Source of the DNA: Dicyema japonicum
Lineage: Eukaryota > Animalia > Dicyemida
Reading direction: 5' to 3'
Assembly (NCBI GenBank): GCA_011109175.1
Contig: RDEW01000009.1
Coordinates: forward strand, 191,237-255,236
Length of the DNA: 64,000 nt
The notes below the pieces were generated by a model. The model worked only from the letters and a program-made list of their open reading frames with translations. It ran no database searches and had not been told where the DNA came from. Made by a program: the position numbers and the translations under genes. Position 1 is the first letter of the stretch; each line of letters starts with the position of its first letter. Positions 49,871 to 63,095 of the stretch are shown here, piece by piece.

Positions 49871-50544
49871 TGAACCAAGATTAACTTCAATTAATTTTAT
49901 AAATGATTTATTAACCACAAAAAATTAAATTTAAGTAACTTTTTTTAGTCTACTCATTAATACAGTCGATATTTCTCCTTTCGAATTTTTTATCTATCAA
50001 ATTAAACTATTTAAAACTACCTCCACGCGATTATTCGATAAAATATTAATTATTTCTGCAACTGGATAATACTGAGACTCAAACTTATCCACCGTTACGC
50101 GCCGCCCATGTGACATATTACGCCATGTTCTCTCAAGAGGCGAGTCCATTGTTGATGGAAATCCGACGATCGATTAAGACTGTTCGGTCACATTTGAGGA
50201 TGGACTTGAGTTTATCAGCAAATCGTTAATGGAGGAATAGTTCATGGAACAAGTAGATTATTGTAAGGAAGGCCCAGGAGAACTCTACTTTCTGTGTTAA
50301 ATGAAGAGTTAAAAGGCGTCAGTAAAAAACTAAAAACGGACGACGATCTCGATGAATTAAGAGAACATGCAAAGAAGAGGGGACTGGATGAGACTGATGC
50401 TAAGGGTGGTTGGCACGGCACATCGGAACCTTAATTGACTTGTTTTAATTTTTTAATTTTTATGTATTGGCAGCGGTGCCGATAATAATAATGTATGTTG
50501 CAATTTTTAGACACTTTCTCTAATGGGATTTTGATTAAGTCATC

Positions 50545-50830
50545 GTTGACCGCGGATTCTCAGCCAGCATTGATAAATATATTAAAAGAAGGAAGTACCA
50601 CGGCATCATGGACCGGTTCGTTTTCCAGCTAATCTCCGTTGAGAAGTCTGGTGTTCTTGGCCTGAGAACGTCTGATTTTATCAGGTTAATCAGAAGCGGA
50701 AGGATGAATATGAACAACGCAATGACTTTTCATAACATTGGGCTCGCGATTATGAGAGGTACCCCATTGCGTGCTCAATGCCTGCAGGCCATAATGGAGA
50801 CCTGTCATAACAACTTTTATTATTATTAAT
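50545..50830 (+). mobile_element. CRE-clade 3' fragment
   Basis: KRRKYHGIMDRFVFQLISVEKSGVLG...IGLAIMRG. A related copy is at about 62560-62690. Confidence 0.75.
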
Positions 50831-50925
50831 AACAATGTTTGCAGAACCAAAAAAGTTAATTAATTTGAGATTCCACTTTTGCCATGCATCTCAGAATAAT
50901 TTAAATTTAAAATTTTGTGAGCCGC

Positions 50926-51232
50926 GTGACGCCATGTGGTGCTTCGTGGCTAATTGGTTGAAGTTTCTGTTTGTTCGTCTATTCCTCCTTTCTTCCTATT
51001 AGAGTGGCGTCATGTGATCCACCTGTCTAGGTGGCGCCCAGTGCCAGGCCGGCACGAAAAAGGATCATTTGCTCTCCCCACTCTACTGGAAGGGTTTCCA
51101 CTACTGCAAGTATGGACGTCTTTTACCCTTTATGTTGATTACGGATGGACACTGTAGAAGTGGAAACTGGATACACTTAATTAGTTGTTTACTTTAACTT
51201 CTTTCTCGGTGTATCCGGGGTTAATAAATAAA
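50926..51232 (+). repeat. SINE-like family B copy ending in a Vingi-type 3' tail
   Basis: Start GTGACGCCATGTGGTGCTTCGTGGCTAATTGG; end ACTTAATTAG...TTCTTTCTCGGTGTATCCGGGGTT(AAT). Confidence 0.7.
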
Positions 51233-51959
51233 TAATCTCAGAATACGCACTGTAAGTCGTTTCCACCCTCCCCTGTTTCTTGCAACTTTTCTCAGATTAT
51301 GTGAAGTCGTTTCCACCCTCCCTCAGATCATTCAGATCCTTTCCCGATTTCAGCTTCCTTCCAATGCGCATGAGTTCTTTGTTGACCTCGATACGGTGTT
51401 TTATTTAATATAGAGAAGTATGATTCCATGACCTGATTGGTCGTTGCCATTTCCGAAGCTCTTAGGACATGTCCAAAGAGCTGCCATTTTGCCGAAGTCA
51501 TTTTATTCCCAATTTATAATTTTTGAGTGATTTTGTAGTCGTTATTAATCCGTTTTGGCCAGTAGATGCCCAGGAGAAGTCGTAGTTGTTTTCTGTGGAG
51601 ACTTGAGCTTCTTTAGTTTTTTGGTGGTTAAGTCCCAGGTCTCCGCGTTGTGAAGTAGAATTGTTCGATAAAGGAGTTGTACAACCGAATTCGAAGGCTA
51701 GTGCCTATGTACTTTCGCCGCATCCAGATCGCCCACATTTTTTGAAAGAAGCAACCGTTTTTGCTAAAAAATTAGATTATATAATTTTTGAAAACTTGTA
51801 TTTTTGTGAAATTAAAGAGTTAAAAGAATAACGCCTAAAATTTATATTTTAGGACAAAAGAATTTGAAATTATTGATATTTAAATGATGTGAATTAATTT
51901 CAGACCATAAATAATTATAGATATGAACAAAAACAAAAAAGAGACAAAATTTATTAAAA

Positions 51960-53410
51960 TCACTGACAAAATATTTTACTGACAACCTTAGGCTATATTC
52001 AAACACAAACCTTAACAGTATACGAACAAGAATCCACCTCATTAACTAAAAGGCTGTAATCCTCTTCTTTCCCACCTTCCTCACATCTGCAATAACCAAA
52101 CAAAACAAAACATCATATAAACTGTCGACGATCTGGGCTGCTTCGAGTCACCGCATTCACTCCCATTCGTGTATTCTTGGATCAAAACTCTACCAATAAT
52201 CAATCAACAAACTCGTCATTATCAGTCCTCGTCAATTCAGGGTCAAATACTCCCATATTCTGTGTTACAGTGTTCCTGTCATTGTCCTAAAAGTAATCCA
52301 ACTAGGAATACCAAGTAAGATTGGCTTAGAGACTTGGAGTAACAGAAAACAAAAGTCCAATAAGAGTTAATCTACGATTAGTAAGCACCGAACCCCATTC
52401 ATGCATAGGGACCCAGAAAAAAATCGCTCCTTTACGTTCTCACCCTCGAAAGTGTCATTGGACTCAAGAAGAACACCCTATGTCGATGAAAAAAACAGAA
52501 AACAGTCAGGTTTAGAGACTTTTCAACCACTTTGAGTAAATCCATCAAATTTATATTTTCTTCAGCCGAGAAGTCAAACACTTTTTTTGTAACCACATCA
52601 AGATAACACTTAAGGGGGTTAGCTTGGAATGTCTTCCTGAAATAAAAAAAACCGATAACCTGGCAGCAATCTCGTGATCGCATAGCTCCTTAAGTCCGAC
52701 AACAAATCTATAGGCGCACGTGTTAATTTCTCGCACGGATAAGATGGTGGGCTCATCGGATTGTAGACAAATATAGTACACAGTGGCGTAGCGAGGAATG
52801 TTGTTTGTGTGACATACCTCTCCATCGGTATAGTTCACAAGGACAAACACGTGGGGAATCGTATGTATACCTTCGAACTGTTTGAGTGTTAGAATATCCT
52901 CTTGGCTAACTACTGGGACTGAAGACTTGAGAATCTCGTCAGAGACATAACCGATGTAGTTATGCTTTTCATGTTTAAGTTTCTACGAGTAATGAAAATA
53001 GTTTTGCCTTTTCACCAAGATGGTACTGGCGAACTCGCTTTCCATGACAAATCTCGTAAACCCAGTAGCCAAAGTTCTAAATTAAGACAAAAACATACAA
53101 TGGTAGTACATTCGTGGCGACCGAGGACATTTTCGATGAGGACGGGACTAAGCCTAGTGTGTTTATTCGTCATATGATTCTGTAAATTTAGATTTGGGGG
53201 TTACTATCGATTCAGGCAAAATACACCACAATTTATTGTTGAAATTTATAATGTTAGGACTGGTGAGGTCTTTTAACTACGATTAAGAAAATCTCTTACG
53301 TAAAGTGTTGAGCTGTTAAATTCGATGTGCTCAATTTTATACTGAATTTCGTCATCATAGTGTATATTTGTGCCGAAAATAAAAGCACTGAATATGAGAA
53401 AGATTAACAT
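51960..53410 (-). CDS. ERLEC1: ER lectin 1 (XTP3-B) with two MRH domains, about 12 exons
   Basis: Signal peptide MLIFLIFSAFIFG. MRH1 YWVYEICHGKRVRQYH...YTDGEVC...PRYATVYYIC...VREINTCAY...ELCDH. MRH2 YWTFVFCYSK...QEYTNGSECG...PRSSTVY..C...VNEVDSCSYTV...FCQ. Introns are 22-26 nt, one of them GC-AG (52983-53007). Two MRH domains favour ERLEC1 over OS9. Confidence 0.9.
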
Positions 53411-53489
53411 TAATTTAAATACGTGTTTAAATTTGTTTTTAATTAATATAATTAAATTTACTTAAATTATTTTACTTTTATTAACATTT

Positions 53490-54300
53490 ACGCGGATGAT
53501 GTCGATTTTGTCGCGGAAGATAGGGAATTTATAGGCGTTATTATGGAGAAAGCGAAGACAATTTTAAGTAAATGGTCTCTCAAAGTTAATGAAGATAAAA
53601 CTGAAATAACCAATATTGAAAGAACGCCAACCCGCGTTGAGGAGAAGTGGAGGAACATCCGAAAACTCGGATCTTTATTGGTGATTCAGAAGATATCACA
53701 CGACGAAAGATACTGGCCACAATAGCACCTAAAACTACAATCCATTCTGATGAGAAAGAATCAAATTCCTGCTAAGATGCGATTACCCTTATATAATGGA
53801 TTTTTCTGACCAGTCCTCACGTACAACTCAGATACTTGGGAAACATCAAAAAAAGATATGGAACAATTCGACTCATTTCACAGAGGCCAACTAAAAAAAC
53901 TCCTTGGATATTCTTGACCCAAAAAAAATCTCAAACAATAAATTATACAGACTGACTGATTTTGGACCAATAAGCCTGAACGTACTTGAAGTCCGTTGCC
54001 GCTTTTTTGGACATATTCTACGGATGGGTGAAGAAACACCCTGCAATGCCGCCATGGAAGAATTTTTCGGCCAAATTGAATTTTCTAAATTCAGAAGACA
54101 TCCAAGAGGCTGTCTTCCCAGGACACTTGCAGAAAATTATGCTGTGATCGGGGGGCGACTGATGAATACAGATGATGTGGACGAGATCAGGAGGCGAGCA
54201 AGACGACGAAAGGGATGGAGAAAGCTAACAGCAAGAGTAGTCGAAAACATGGCTCAAAAAAAACTATAAACACTTTTTATTGGCAACGCGGACGTGCATT
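53490..54300 (+). mobile_element. RTE LINE 3' fragment
   Basis: YADDVDF, LKVNEDKTE, RFFGHILRM, RRRKGWRKLT. Confidence 0.85.
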
Positions 54301-54399
54301 AACTAACTAAACCGATTTCTTAGTTAATTTTGTTAAATTTACTGATTATGAAACTAAAAGTTTCATTGTTACTACGTAGAACACTAAACGTCCCTCAAA

Positions 54400-54655
54400 T
54401 CATGGAATACTTTACGGAACGCCACTGAGACTTCCTCGAGATGTCAAAGTCTCCTGACCATCCCCTTGAGTCTGACATCAAGCTATATCTGGATGCCTGC
54501 CCTAGATACGATAAGAAACCTTTCCCTTTGTGGAGATTAATCCATGACTCCAAAACTAACCATGGGAGAAAGCCTGATATGGACACCGGGATCACTTAAC
54601 TTAGACGATAATTCTTGTCCTCTTTCTTGTAATTCCGGGGTTTATAATAATAATA
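54400..54655 (+). mobile_element. Vingi-like LINE 3' end
   Basis: Alignable to the 3' end of 42581-44300; ends AATTCCGGGGTTT(ATA)n. Confidence 0.8.
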
Positions 54656-55249
54656 TTCGCACTTTCCGAGGAGCCAAATCAGTTATAGCTACCCACAGGC
54701 AGAACACACACTTTATTTTAAGCAAAGAACAGTTATAATAGCTAATGGAGAGAGGATCATGGAATGCTCTTCACTTCTTTGTTTTCTTTTTCTTGGGTGT
54801 ATGTCCTATTATAGACAATCCGGTTCCGCAGTGAAGTTCACTGATGACGGCGTCACTCGTCAAACCAATTCCGGGGTTATTATTATTAATAGCACTTTCG
54901 AAGAACCAAAAATGTAATTTATTTAATTAAGGTTCCGCTTGTGCCGTATTTTTTTCAGGTTATTTTTTCTCCCACAATTTTTTTAACTAACTTCCTCCAT
55001 GCTCCACTGTTTTTTTTACATAATTAATTTCATATTTGAAAAAAAATAGAAGTCAGGTAGTTGCCGCCCTCACTCCACTGTTACTGGCAAATTATTCTGA
55101 GCGTATCCAGATCATCTCCTGTTTTCAGCTTTGTCTTACATTGGTCAGGTCCTTGTGTAGAACCTTTGGCAAAGTTATGCGAGGTCTTCCACGGAACGAG
55201 GTATTCACTTCTGGGCAGAAATAATTCTCCATTGCTATTTTAGCAGGCG

Positions 55250-56530
55250 TCATCTGGCTCATCGAAGGATGTGACCAAACAGACGCCATCTTGATTAAGG
55301 ATATCCAGACTCAATGGTCTTGTATTACATACTTTGTGTAGATTCTTGTTTGTAATTTTTTTGGCCAGTTGATGCCAAGCAATAGTCGGAGTTGTTTACG
55401 ATGGAAGGCATCTAGTTTGTTCATTACTGCTTGTGAGACCCCAGGTTGCAGCGTTGTACATTATAGTCTTACATGTAGTTATGTGCTAATTGTTTACGAT
55501 GATTCTAGACTACTCCCATTTTTCTAAAGGCCACGACGGCCAATATCTTCCTGTTAGTGATATCCTCAGCGTCTCCGAGCAACGACCCCAATTTTTTACA
55601 GTATCTCCATTTTTCATCAGTTCGGGTTAATTCACGGCGTATGGTAGTTGTCTCCGTCTTTTCCGTATTGATTTTGATGAACCATTTTTTTAGCACATCT
55701 GGCATCCTTGTCCGTATATAATTTAATGTTTTCTCATCGCTGGATATATAGTCGATATCATCTGCATAAATCACTTCAGTTTGAGATAAATCGCCAATTA
55801 GTAGTCTGAAGTCTCTGAGTGCCGTCTCCAGATATGTCACAAAAAGTACCGGTGACAAGGAATCTCCTTGCGATACCCTGAACATTGTCTTGAATGGGAC
55901 AGACTCTAAATTTCCAAAACGTACACTTAGCTGCGTTGTTCCAAGTAATAGACGGATCATTCTGACACTGTCCTTGTCAACCAACTTTTCCAAGATATCC
56001 AAAAGTCTCCCTCTGTGTATAGAGTCAAAGGCTTTTTCATGTCCATGCCAAGGATGCCAGTAGCCTGCTTGTGCTTTTGATGTGTTGCACAAAGCCATCG
56101 ATGTCCCCAGACCAAATCAGCTGTAGATCTCCCTGACATGAATCCGCTTTGACCGTGAGAGAGAAATTTCTCGATGTCAGGTCCAATCCTGTTCAGCACT
56201 ATAAGTGATAGTGTCTTGCGTAGAGTCGTCAATCGTACGATGGGACTTAAATTCGTTAAGGGGCCTTTAGCTTTGTTCGGTTTTTGTAGTGCAATTAGTG
56301 TGCCATTACCCAGATCCAGGGTGAGTTGTATTTGAATGTTTTGTTGTATATCTCAGTTAATAGCTCAGAGATCTCGGTCGGTGCATATTTGAAAAGTTCT
56401 GCATTTATGTTGGCAGGGCCAGCAGCTCTATTGTTGTTCAGTTTGTCCAGGGCTTTTTTTGTTTCCAGAATCGTTATCGAAAAATTTAGTTCTCGTGCTT
56501 CGCCACGAATTGTTTGATTTTTCCCCGTGG
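55250..56530 (-). mobile_element. RTE LINE RT fragment
   Basis: ORFs 56295-56543, 55957-56232 and 55505-56098: AAGPANINAELFK, QSGFMSGRSTAD, KAFDSIHR, QGDSLSPVLF, YADD. Confidence 0.88.
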
Positions 56531-56823
56531 TGCTTTCAGGCACTAGAATACATTATCTGCAAACAAGCCTACAAGGCACTGTTAACAGATTCAGTGGAAC
56601 ACTAGTAGATAGTGATCACAGATTGGTTGTGGCACGTTTCCTTTTCAAGCGATATTTTGGGGCTTCCAAAGCGGCTGGCATGAGGATATCTGAGAAAGGT
56701 TCGCAGTAGAGCAACTCTGCATGGTGGGACCGACTCGGGAGAGCTATCAAAATACATTGAGAGAAAAGATCAGACAGTGGAATAAAGAAAAAATGCCTGG
56801 GGAGCTGTGGCAAGACACCATCG

Positions 56824-57240
56824 ATGCCAATAAAGTGCGCGGCCCATTTAACAGTTGAAATAAAACCGAAGCATTTCAACGGACACTATGACCACGAGCT
56901 TGAAGAACTATCCAAATTGCAGAGGAACCTACGTTTACAGCTCAAAACCTGTCAGGACCTGGCAAAGGAACAGACTCTAAGAGTCATGCGGAACCAAACC
57001 CTGTATAAAATAAAGAAAAGAACGAGGGAAATAAAGGAAAATAAACTTGTTGGAATGGCTAAAGAAGTAGAAAGGCTAAAAAACGGAGCGCAGATATTCA
57101 AGGCTGTTCACCTACTACATAGAGACACGCAGTCATCAAAAATCACAATACATGATCAGTTTGGAAAGACTGTTAAACAAAATTGAAATTTTATCGGCCA
57201 TATCCAGCCATTATCAGCAGGCCTTCAATCAAAACCACGG
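56824..57240 (+). mobile_element. RTE LINE linker fragment
   Basis: LRVMRNQTLYKIKKR...QIFKAVHLL...TIHDQFG, homologous to the RTE linker at 18592-18860. Confidence 0.7.
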
Positions 57241-57329
57241 GGATTCCGGGGTTAATAAACTTAAAATTAAATTAAAATTTCGTGTTACAGGATTTAATTT
57301 TTTTGGTGCTCCCTTTTTCGGAGTTAAAA

Positions 57330-58645
57330 TTAAATTAAATTAAAATTAATTCCAAAGACCACTGTTAAAACGAATAAACTAACTAAGTGATCCCGACGAA
57401 TTGGATCAAGGCTCTCATTTTTGCTCGGTGTGGATCCCTTGAGCCTACACAAGTTTGATGCGGGCGAGCACTTCCTTTTTTGGCATTGGTGTCCATTTTT
57501 TTCGATTAGTGTTTCCATGGGCTTCGGTGATTTGATGTTTTCCCTTTATACCATCTCTCAGTTATTTTGAAGGCTCTTTTCTGGGTTGCGGAGATTATCG
57601 GATGTTCGTATAAAGGTGGTCCCCATGAAGTACACTCATATGAAATGCATGGTTCGATGTACTGTGAGTAGAGCGTTTTAAGTATAGGATGATGTCGAAA
57701 TTTCCATAGACATGTTAGGCATTTCAGAAGGTTGATTTTCTTCTCACATTTGTTTAGCACGTTAGTGACGCGTCTCGAAAAGTTCATGTGCGCATCGAAA
57801 GTCAGACCCAATATTTTTGCCATTTGCTGAACTTCCCTCCGCAGTAACTTCTATTGTCCTGTTCGACAATCTTTTGTCCGAGGTATAGTAGTCGATCCAT
57901 GTGGTGTTGTATTTTTCCTGTCGCTATTTGGATGTTTTGATCCCGTGAGACTAAGACGATATCGCCTGCATAAGCCAGAAGCAGGTCGTCTTCTCCATTC
58001 GGCGTCGGAATGACAGCCGTAATAAGTTGAATAGAATGGTGATAGCGGCGAACCCTGGGGTACTCCATTTGGGAATAAACGGGAGACAGAATAAATGTTT
58101 CAATGTACACTCAACCTCTCCGTCCGTTAAGAAAGTTAGTCATCCTGCGTTTGAGGTTTTCAGGGATATCTGATTGGTAGATTTTCCATGTTAGATTCTT
58201 CCTCGGCACAGAGTCGAAAGCTTTGTGGACGACTAGTGAGCATAACACAGTTTTCTGGAGTCTTGGGTTACACAGATATCCAGAGCGAATAAAGTTAGTC
58301 AGGGATGTGAGGAAGCTTGTTGTGGACCGATACTTTTTTAAACCATGCTGGAATGGTTTATCAGGAGTTTTTTCAGTGATTTTTGCGATTATGAGCTTCT
58401 CCAGAATTTTTGACATGGAGCATAAGAAAGAAATAAGCCTGAAGGAAGCTGGGTCTTATTTCCGTTTTCCTGGATTCAATACTGGGCGAATGTTTGCAAG
58501 TTTCCATATCGTTGGGATTGAGTTATAATTAATCGACCAGTTGCAGATTTTGGTCAGGGTACCGATTCCCTCATTGCCTAGGTTTTTCAGGAGGATAATA
58601 GGAATTCCGTCTGGACCATGAGAATGTGTTACTTTTGTTTGGCGT
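57330..58645 (-). mobile_element. 5'-truncated Vingi-like LINE
   Basis: HGPDGIP, PFQHG, HKAFDSVPR, KILGLTFD; 3' end GGGATCACTTAGTTAG. Confidence 0.85.
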
Positions 58646-60874
58646 GGCGGGGTTAAATAATAATAACGTGGGCGATATACAATGAGACTCTAAACCCGTT
58701 ATAGAAAGCGGTTCAAGATCCCCATCTCTCTAGTTTTTGTCCCCATGACGGTCTGGAATCGCTTATTTAGTTGGGACATTCTTTCTTTTTAGCTAAGTGG
58801 TCATATGGCAATAATAAGTGTAATATAGCTTGCCACTATGATAGCATTTAGAAAAAGAGTTACTTTTTCCCACATCCTCATTACGGGATGGACCAACAAG
58901 GGCGGTCTATGTCGATGCAATGATGTCGAAGCAAATCCCGGTCATATAAGAAACGTTTAACTGAACATAAACAAAATGAAGAACAACGTTTTTTAACTTA
59001 GGAACTTAACGAAGAACTAATGAATGATGTTCTCTCGTTACAGTCCAAACTCCGGAGCGGTAACGCAACAACAAGGTTCCCTGGATATTTGGTAATCAGT
59101 CGTGGTAGAAAAACTTTGCTGAAGCGTTCTAGCTATAATACTAAATGGGAATTCCTACAAGGCATCATCACCTATGCTTACAACCAGATCCCAGATTTTG
59201 TGCAGTCAAAATTTTAACTCGAAATCCGTTTTCCTCTACTCCTCTTCACAATTATCAACATATATCTCTTCTTATTTCGTTTTTGATCAATTATTTGTCG
59301 TTGTAAACCGTTCTAATCTGAAACCATGTTGGAACCTACTCAAAATACGGAGTAGAATCATTCCATAAATCCCTTCGAGTGAGTGGTTGAGCTAAGAAAG
59401 AGATAATATCTTCAAGAAAAGAGATAGCTAGGTAAAAATAAGTGTTCTTCCAAGAGTCCGAGTTAGTTCACGATTTAAAAAAAACCTGGAGAAAATCTAA
59501 TTTAATCACTTATGTGTACTTGAATCGTCTCTACTCTAGGAATATACAATTTTAATAACATCTACTAAAAATGTTTTCCACCTACGTGGTACTCATTAAT
59601 TAAAAAGGCATACAAAACTATATTTAACAATTATCCTACGTTTACTTAGCCATTGACAGTTTGAATTATATCTTAATAACTCAATAGTCTCGCAAATTAT
59701 CAACTATTATAATCAGCCATATATAACCAATTTTTTAGTTTGGTCTAAACATGGCATAATCTCTTAAATCTTTCATATTCTCATAATAAGATGAATCATC
59801 TCCAAAAACGTCTTTTGGCATTGATGGACATTGAAAAATCTTTTCTACAGTTCCATCCTGCTTGTGGCTCGCGACAAAATAATATTAAAATACAACGCAT
59901 CCTCATTTTCACCATCGGTCAGATTGTGCTCAAGCGATGCTACTCTGGACAATTAAGTTTACTAAGATTTAATTTTAGAGGTTTTTTTATAACTTAAAGT
60001 CCTTCAAAAACAATTTCTTTTTTAATTTGACTCCTATCTTTTTAGATGAAGAAATTGGTAGCTAACATAAGTGAGGCCGAAATCAGATGGTTCTAGTTTG
60101 CCAGATCTATTACTTCCTCATTTTTAATTTGAAATATTTTAATTTTATAATTGACTGGTTTAAAAATGAAATATCAATTTTCAGATTCATTAACACGAGG
60201 GAGGAGCACCTGGAAAGGATGAGGATTTTGGTGGAACGCATCGGGATCACGTGATAGCTAGTTTGGTTTTACCGTAGTCTTGGATGTTAAATAAATAAGA
60301 TTCATTAACACAAAATTAAAAGAACTTTGAAGATCACTATTAAAAGTTGTACGCATAGAACACATTTAATCTGCTTTTATGTTACCAATAATAATTCGTT
60401 ACAAAATTTCGTCAAACCAGTCCAGTAGTAACCGGTTTTCTTAAAGGATATATATAAATAGAACATGAAAATTATTGAATCTAATAAATTATGTTTTTAA
60501 TAATCCCGGATATGTCTGAAACAGTGTTAATCAAGTATATCCAGATCAGAGGTGGGACTCATCCTTTCCAGCATCAGTCCATCTATATCTGTCATTGTAG
60601 GTAACCCTCTATTGGAATAAGAAAGAGAGGGATCCTTTGTGGGTGCTTGTCAGGCACTGGATGTTAACGGACAACCATTGTCATCATCAAATTTTTACCA
60701 ATCAAATCTGTTAGAAAATGACAATTTAATATAATTTTATATTATATTATATTATTATATTATTATAAAATTAATTTCTATAATTATCGTGAAGTACATT
60801 AAATAACAATAAAATATTTTTTAATTTTAAATTAAATTAATTATTATTATTAAATGGTTTGTTTGTTGTGATTG

Positions 60875-62015
60875 ATGTCAAATAACTTTAAAATTGAAAG
60901 ATTGGATTCCTATCAAAATACAGTTTACTGCAAACTTACAGATTCTCTCAGCAGATCATTCGAAACCTTCATATCCTCTAACATTTCTGAGCCTCCCAGA
61001 CTTACGATCAAAGATGGAAAAGGAACTATTCAAATTCCCCAAAATAAATCATATTCTTTCTCAGTGGAACCAATGGCAGACAACGGAATCACAACCTGTC
61101 TCTCCACCCACAACAAGTTTTTACTACTAACCAATAAGATTTTTTCTGACTGGAAGAATATCATGCAAACTGAACGTGGAGGCCACTGCTGACTCTATCG
61201 CTAAGACGATGAAGAGGATCGAAGAAGTCCAGGGTGAAGTGAAGCAGAATTGGTATCGTTTTTAAATATTCCAGTATCAAGGAACTCAAAAGACCCCTAA
61301 TCAAACAATCAAAAATACCCACCAGGAGACAATCCCCTAAGACAGTGGTTCTTCCTTCCAAAGTGAATGAATCGCCAAAAATCAAGGGAATAATCATTGA
61401 AGATCTCCCTTCATACAAAACCAACATAAATAAAGTTTAAAGTACAACTATCATAATTTCAGGGATTGTCTGAAGGTTTGTCTGAAGTCCTGTCATTCTC
61501 GCAACGAAATATACAGTTATATTAGGGGTAGATTATATTGTTATTTAGTGAACACAAAAATTGACGTTAAAAAAAACAAACGACTAATTGATAGACTTTT
61601 GGCTAAGGCTGATAAGAAGAAGGCTAAAAGTGATAAATTTGTGAAATATCGGTTTATATTGGGCTTATTTGTAGAAATGTTAAATTTTTGGAGACGGAGC
61701 AGGAGTATCTTGCTTGTGGGCGGTTTTATAAAGAAAATTATGAGACATATAGGAAAAGTCTGAGCGATTTAAAGAAAGTGAAGGAAAAATATGTTAAATG
61801 GATGGAGAGTTGAAGGCGTTTGATGAATGGACGGAGGAAGCACAGGTATTTTTGGTGAAAAATTCCAGATAATGGTGGATAAGTTTATTACTTCATTTGG
61901 GAATGAGATTAATGAACAGTTTTATGAAAGGGTAAGACAGGTTGATAAATTGCACGAGAATATGGCACATATTTGGCAGCTTCTTAATGATTTTGAGAAA
62001 AAATATTGTGATTAG
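60875..62015 (+). CDS. ELL: RNA polymerase II elongation factor ELL, compact multi-exon gene
   Basis: N-terminal domain VYCKLTDSLSRSFETF...GTIQIP...KLNVEATADS. C-terminal occludin/ELL domain KLHENMAHIWQLLNDFE. Tiny GT-AG introns, e.g. 61117-61138, 61253-61274, 61652-61674 and 61846-61868. Two 1-nt frame discrepancies (about 61434 and about 61797) are unresolved. Confidence 0.8.
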
Positions 62016-63095
62016 TTGGTTTTTAGTTCAGAAATATTTTAATGGACATTTTTATCTAAAGAACTTGAGTTGTAAGCAACAAGCCAGCGCCTTTTATCAA
62101 TTTAACACCTGTTTACACTCAGAACCCAAGACATTGAAATTCATTGGCTCTTTCAGTTAATTTCTGTTGCTTTTGGAAAGGAAAAACTTCATTTATCTGT
62201 GTTGTTCAATAGTTAAGTTTTCACGCATCTAATTTGCTAAATTCCTTGTCTAGTGGCGCCGTCATCGGTGATATTTCACTGCGGGACCGGATTCTCTATG
62301 GGTACAAAAAGGTTAAGGCCTCCTTCCAACGATTAGTTAGCTTCCTTACTTTCATTGGTCCTGACTTCGATGTGTACGTTGCAAAATATTGCGACATTAA
62401 AATATTTTTTTCCTAATCTCTTGAAACTCGTCGAAAACTTTTGGATGTTCAAAGTATTACTTTCTGTAGGTGACTTTATTGAGCCACTTTCTATAGATTC
62501 TTTTGAAATAAATTTTGTTAACTTGGCTCTATCACGTCAAAGTTTATCAGGTTAATTGGGCGTCTTGCAGGACTGCGGAAGGGAGAGTCTAGAATGACAC
62601 GATGGCTCTTACAGAAAATTGAACTCGCGATTATGATGGGTAACTCCCATTGCGTGCTCAAAGCCTGCAAGCCATAATGGGGAATTTTGACTTGAATCCA
62701 CTAGAGAAAAAACTCTGAGAACAAAACAGTTAAAAACAAGACATTGATGAGCCACGTGAATTAGCAATGAAAGGGGAAAAAGAAGAGTCTCACTATCCAG
62801 ATATTGTGGAACATGCCTTATTATGACGAGGATAGTGTGAAAGTATTTAATCCTGATAATAAAGATGGAACTTATTTATTTAACAACCCAAGACCACGGT
62901 AAAACCAACCTAGTTATCATTTTCACTGCGTACAGTTTCTTTGCGCATTTCAATAGATTGTAGATCCTCCTATCAACAAAACATAAATTTTGTAAGTTCT
63001 TACGTCATGAACCATTGAAATACGATCTTAAGATCATTTTTACTATTATATAAAAGTAATTAAAATTAAAAAATATTAAATCAAAATACAAAAAT

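Noticed and set aside
51256-51322. Short direct repeat GTCGTTTCCACCCTCC, two copies
   Set aside because: There are only two copies and no associated structure; likely a local duplication.
38870-58665. GGGGTTAA as piggyBac right end plus TTAA target, or as a telomeric repeat
   Set aside because: There are no matching left ends or TIR homology inside and only single GGGGTT units. Several copies are demonstrably LINE 3' termini.
60500-60720. Small minus-strand gene with a GA-AG intron, divergent from ELL
   Set aside because: It needs several ad hoc introns, an in-frame stop remains upstream, and there is no recognisable homology.
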